Shown piece by piece: positions 60,920 through 64,000 of a DNA stretch of 64,000 bases. The DNA is from Candidatus Aenigmatarchaeota archaeon (GTDB lineage: Archaea; Aenigmatarchaeota; Aenigmatarchaeia; Aenigmatarchaeales; DAIDAN01), in assembly GCA_049303335.1 (NCBI GenBank), contig JBAQNA010000022.1, forward strand, positions 1,135-65,134, in the 5' to 3' direction. The position numbers were made by a program, and so were the translations under genes. The number at the start of each line of letters is the position of its first letter. The first letter of the stretch is position 1. The notes under the pieces were generated by a model. That model was not told the origin of the DNA, made no database searches, and was given only the letters and a program-made list of their open reading frames with translations.

Positions 60920-61226
60920 CTTGAAAATCGTGAATCATCGGCGCGTGTCTTGCTTTCCGGTTACGGCAGTTATGTTCCAATCTTTAAATGCCTTTCGGCG
61001 ATGCCGCGCGCGTCAATAATGGAAAGTCGGCTCTGCAGAAATCCTGCATCATGCATTGAACTTCCATATCAGAACGGCTTTCTCGGCGATTCAGATGGGC
61101 GTCGATACCAACGTTCCTGATTTTTTCGTCCATAACGTGAATTTCCGCAGAGCCCGGAAAATCAAAACGCTTAAATAGACTTCTTCCGATATCTGTTTTT
61201 ACTGAATAATTTTTACCGGTGTCAAT

Positions 61227-63419
61227 ATGGTGGCGAAAGACGAGTATGTCGAGAAAGTGCAGGGTCTGATGAGCAACCCGAAGAACATCAGGAACATAGG
61301 CATAGTCAGCCACATCCACCACGGCAAGACAACGCTTACGGACAACCTCGTAGCCGGAGCGGGAATGATTTCATCGGAGCTCGTCGGGGAAAGGATGCTC
61401 ACCTGGATTGACGACCAGGAGCGCGAGCGCTTGATGACTATATACGGCGCAACCGTGACAATGGCCCACGAATTCGAGGGGCAGAAATATCTTATCAATC
61501 TTCTTGACACTCCGGGGCACGTTGACTTCGGCGCGGACGTGACGCAGGCGATGCGCGCTGTCGACGGAGCAGTCGTGATGGTCTGCGCTGTCGAGGGAAT
61601 AATGCCGCAGACCGAAACCGTTTTGAAGCAGGCGCTTGTCGAAAAAGTGAAGCCCATTCTTTTCATCAACAAGGTTGACCGCGCCATCAAGGAATTGAAG
61701 CTCACGCCGGAGCAGCTGCAGAAAAGGCTCGCCGCGATTGTCGTCGAGGTTAACAAATTTATCCAGCGCCACGTGCCGCCGGAATTCAAGGACAAGTGGA
61801 TTCCGCGCGTGGAAGACGGCTCGGTGGCGTTCGGCTCCGCTTACAAGAAGTGGGCGATCTCCGTGCCGTTCATGCAGAAATCTAAAATCACTTTCAAGGA
61901 AATTATCGAGCTGTGCGCGCAGGAAAAGGACGAGGAGCTCGCGCTGAAGGCGCCGATGCACAACGTTGTCCTCGACATGGTCATCACTCATTTGCCTTCG
62001 CCGCTGCAGGCGCAGCCTTACAGGGTCGGGAAATTGTGGAAGGGCGACATAAATACGGAAGTCGGGAGGCAGCTTTCCAACGCGGACCCGAACGGAAAGC
62101 TCGGCGCGGTGATAACGAAAATAGTTTACGACCCGCACGCGGGAATGATTTCGACCGCAAGAATTTTCTCCGGAAAAATTACCAAGGGCCAGGACATTTA
62201 TATGGTCAGGGCGAAGCGCATCGTGAAAGTCCAGCAGGTTACAACTTTTATAGCGGAGAAGCGCGTGCCCGTTGACGTTGTGCCCGCGGGAAACGTTGTC
62301 GGCTTGGTCGGATTGGCTGATGTGATAGTTGGCGAAACCATTTGCGACCCGTCGCAGCCGATTGAGGAGTTCGAGGCGATTAAACACATATTCGAGCCAG
62401 TTGTGACAAAATCAATCGAGCCGAAAAATCCGCAGGACCTGCCGAAGCTCATCAATATTCTCAAGACGCTCGGGAGGGAGGACCCGACTTTGAAAATTCA
62501 GATTAACCAGGAAACCGGCGAGACGCTTGTGTCCGGATTGGGCGAGCTCCATCTTGACGCGAAAGTGGAAAGGAAAATCCGCGAGAAAGGCGTTGAGATA
62601 AACGTGTCGCCGCCCATCGTGGTTTACCGCGAGACCATAAGCAAGCCTTCGCCCGTTGTCGAGGGAAAGAGCCCGAACAAGCACAACAAGTTCTATCTCG
62701 CGGTTGAGCCCGTTCCGGAGGCGCTTTACAAGGCGATGATAACGAACGACGTCCGCGATATGGAGGTGAAGGGGAAGAACGTGGAGCTGATAAAGAAGTT
62801 CCAGGACCTGGGGCTGAGCAAGGACGATTCGAAAGACGTGATGATGATTTACAACCACTGCCTGCTGCTTGACACCACGAAAGGATTGCAGTACATCAAC
62901 GAGGCGATGGAGCACATAAAGACCGGATTCCGCGAGGCGATTGACAACGGCCCGCTCGCAAAGGAGCCTGTAGCTGCGATAATGGTAAAGCTCTCGGACG
63001 CGAGCCTTCACGAGGATGCGGTTCACCGCGGTCCCGCGCAGGTCATACCGGCTGTTCGTTACGGAATCCAGCAGGCCATCCTGAAGGCGCAGGCAACGCT
63101 GCTTGAGCCGAAGCAGATTTTGAGGATTGACACTCCGCAGGATTATATCGGAAACGTGTCGGGCGAAGTGAGCAACAAGCGCGGCGAGATAATAGACGTT
63201 GAGCAGGAGGAATACTCGGCTGTCATAACGGTCAAGCTGCCGGTCGCGGAAATGTTCGGCTTCGAGTCCGCGCTGAAAAGCGCGACCGCGGGCAAGGGAT
63301 TCCAGAGCATGATGGACGTCGTTTTCGAGAGGCTGCCCAACGACATCAAGGAGTCCGTGATAATGAAAATCCGCGAGCGCAAGGGTCTCTCAAAGGAAGT
63401 GCCGAAAGCGGAGATATAG
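61227..63419 (+). CDS. fusA: translation elongation factor 2 (aEF-2)
   Basis: G1 HIHHGKTTLTD; G3 DTPGHVDF; G4 NKVDR; the diphthamide-region VHRGPAQVIPA; 730 aa. Confidence 0.95.
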   Translation: MVAKDEYVEKVQGLMSNPKNIRNIGIVSHIHHGKTTLTDNLVAGAGMISSELVGERMLTWIDDQERERLMTIYGATVTMAHEFEGQKYLINLLDTPGHVDFGADVTQAMRAVDGAVVMVCAVEGIMPQTETVLKQALVEKVKPILFINKVDRAIKELKLTPEQLQKRLAAIVVEVNKFIQRHVPPEFKDKWIPRVEDGSVAFGSAYKKWAISVPFMQKSKITFKEIIELCAQEKDEELALKAPMHNVVLDMVITHLPSPLQAQPYRVGKLWKGDINTEVGRQLSNADPNGKLGAVITKIVYDPHAGMISTARIFSGKITKGQDIYMVRAKRIVKVQQVTTFIAEKRVPVDVVPAGNVVGLVGLADVIVGETICDPSQPIEEFEAIKHIFEPVVTKSIEPKNPQDLPKLINILKTLGREDPTLKIQINQETGETLVSGLGELHLDAKVERKIREKGVEINVSPPIVVYRETISKPSPVVEGKSPNKHNKFYLAVEPVPEALYKAMITNDVRDMEVKGKNVELIKKFQDLGLSKDDSKDVMMIYNHCLLLDTTKGLQYINEAMEHIKTGFREAIDNGPLAKEPVAAIMVKLSDASLHEDAVHRGPAQVIPAVRYGIQQAILKAQATLLEPKQILRIDTPQDYIGNVSGEVSNKRGEIIDVEQEEYSAVITVKLPVAEMFGFESALKSATAGKGFQSMMDVVFERLPNDIKESVIMKIRERKGLSKEVPKAEI

Positions 63420-63421
63420 AA

Positions 63422-63829
63422 TTATTTTTCTTTATTCTTTTTCTCCCAGACACTTTTCATAAAATCCGGATTCCAAGGTTTCAATCCTTCCGAGAGGACA
63501 GATTCGGATAATTTCGCAATCTCCTCAAAAGAAGTGTCCTGCGGAAAAGCTTCGGCGGCGGCCTTTACTCCGCCGAGTTGAATGTTTATTTCGTTGTATG
63601 AAGAAAATAAATTTTCTTTAGTGAATTCTATTCCTTTCTTTTTGTAGTAATCAAGAACGTATTTTGCTGCGTGTATGGACGGATTAATATTTTGCAGAGG
63701 TTTATTTTCCAGAATTATTTTCGAGACAAAACCCAGAAAGAACGTGTAGCCGTTGTGCTTGTCCAAGTCGCGCAGATAATTTTCCGCGACTTTTTTATCG
63801 TATTCGAAATAGTCTATCATAACAAACAT
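63422..63829 (-). CDS. hypothetical protein
   Basis: 135 aa, Lys-rich, no motif. Confidence 0.35.
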   Translation of the reverse strand: MFVMIDYFEYDKKVAENYLRDLDKHNGYTFFLGFVSKIILENKPLQNINPSIHAAKYVLDYYKKKGIEFTKENLFSSYNEINIQLGGVKAAAEAFPQDTSFEEIAKLSESVLSEGLKPWNPDFMKSVWEKKNKEK

Positions 63830-63842
63830 TCATTGCCAAATT

Positions 63843-64000
63843 TTATATCCTTGAATTCTTGTCCAGCTTTTTATACATCTCCTCGACGCTTTTGCTGTTT
63901 ATTCTTTTTCCGAAGCAGAAGTGCGGCACGAGCGCGCCGCTGAAGGTTTTCGGGATGTGCATCAGCTCGTGAATCAAAATCTTGTCCTGCTCCACCTTGC
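63843..64000 (-). CDS. HExxH metal-dependent peptidase-like protein, 5' partial (runs off window)
   Basis: The minus-strand frame reads ...VEQDKILIHELMHIPKTFSGALVPHFCFGKRINSKSVEEMYKKLDKNSRI*; HELMH is a zincin-like motif. Confidence 0.4.
   Translation of the reverse strand, partial: KVEQDKILIHELMHIPKTFSGALVPHFCFGKRINSKSVEEMYKKLDKNSRI

Noticed and set aside
61199-63026. Minus-strand ORFs of 198, 338 and 204 aa overlapping fusA (EF-2)
   Set aside because: Antisense frames of a conserved gene; no motifs.

Overview
This window is archaeal chromosome. Evidence: a 16S gene beginning ATTCCGGTTGATCCTGCCGGAGG, aEF-2, PCNA, ABCE1, an archaeal type-IV-pilin-like signal peptide, Sec61-beta, and a PriS-PriL fused primase of the kind reported from Nanoarchaeum/DPANN-type genomes. 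Housekeeping genes run at moderate GC and are Lys-rich.

Main content:
- A copper/thiol-redox cluster: ABC exporter, redoxin plus CcdA, a PadR-TRASH regulator, a TRASH-HMA-TRASH CopA, and a frameshifted CopA C-terminal remnant.
- Replication and translation genes: cmk, argS, fusA (EF-2), pcna, abcE1, scpA, a compact smc, nfo, a ThiI-like protein and the fused primase.
- A 16S - tRNA-Ala - 23S operon, a compact RNase P RNA, tRNA-Gly(GCC), and two tandem tRNA-like genes of unresolved identity, each carrying a large insertion. No 5S rRNA was recognised.

The most unusual feature is that essentially every structural RNA here is interrupted by purine-rich A/G hairpin insertions (CCUUUUCUUU...AAAGAAAAGG type). 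The 16S has five and the 23S at least four; one insertion in each carries a small ORF. tRNA-Ala has insertions in the D-loop and the T-loop. A hairpin module is shared between RNase P RNA and a tRNA-like gene.

Several low-GC islands look horizontally acquired:
- A two-gene module led by a small TIR-domain protein with an unknown 256-aa partner (32.4-33.6 kb). This is the best candidate for an undescribed Thoeris-like or TIR-signalling defence system.
- A membrane-anchored NERD nuclease beside RNase P RNA.
- An island with a 505-aa protein carrying a possible HEPN-like Rx4H motif.
- A DUF4258/DUF2283 TA-like pair followed by an HNH-like zinc-finger protein (moderate GC, adjacent to but not inside the low-GC island).
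- A methyltransferase-Mrr fusion.
- A roughly 6-kb island (about 51.0-57.05 kb) containing a BcgI-like Type IIB RM system, a zinc-ribbon protein and an IS4/IS5-like transposase, bounded by short repeat arrays that share a 16-mer.

No CRISPR array was found.
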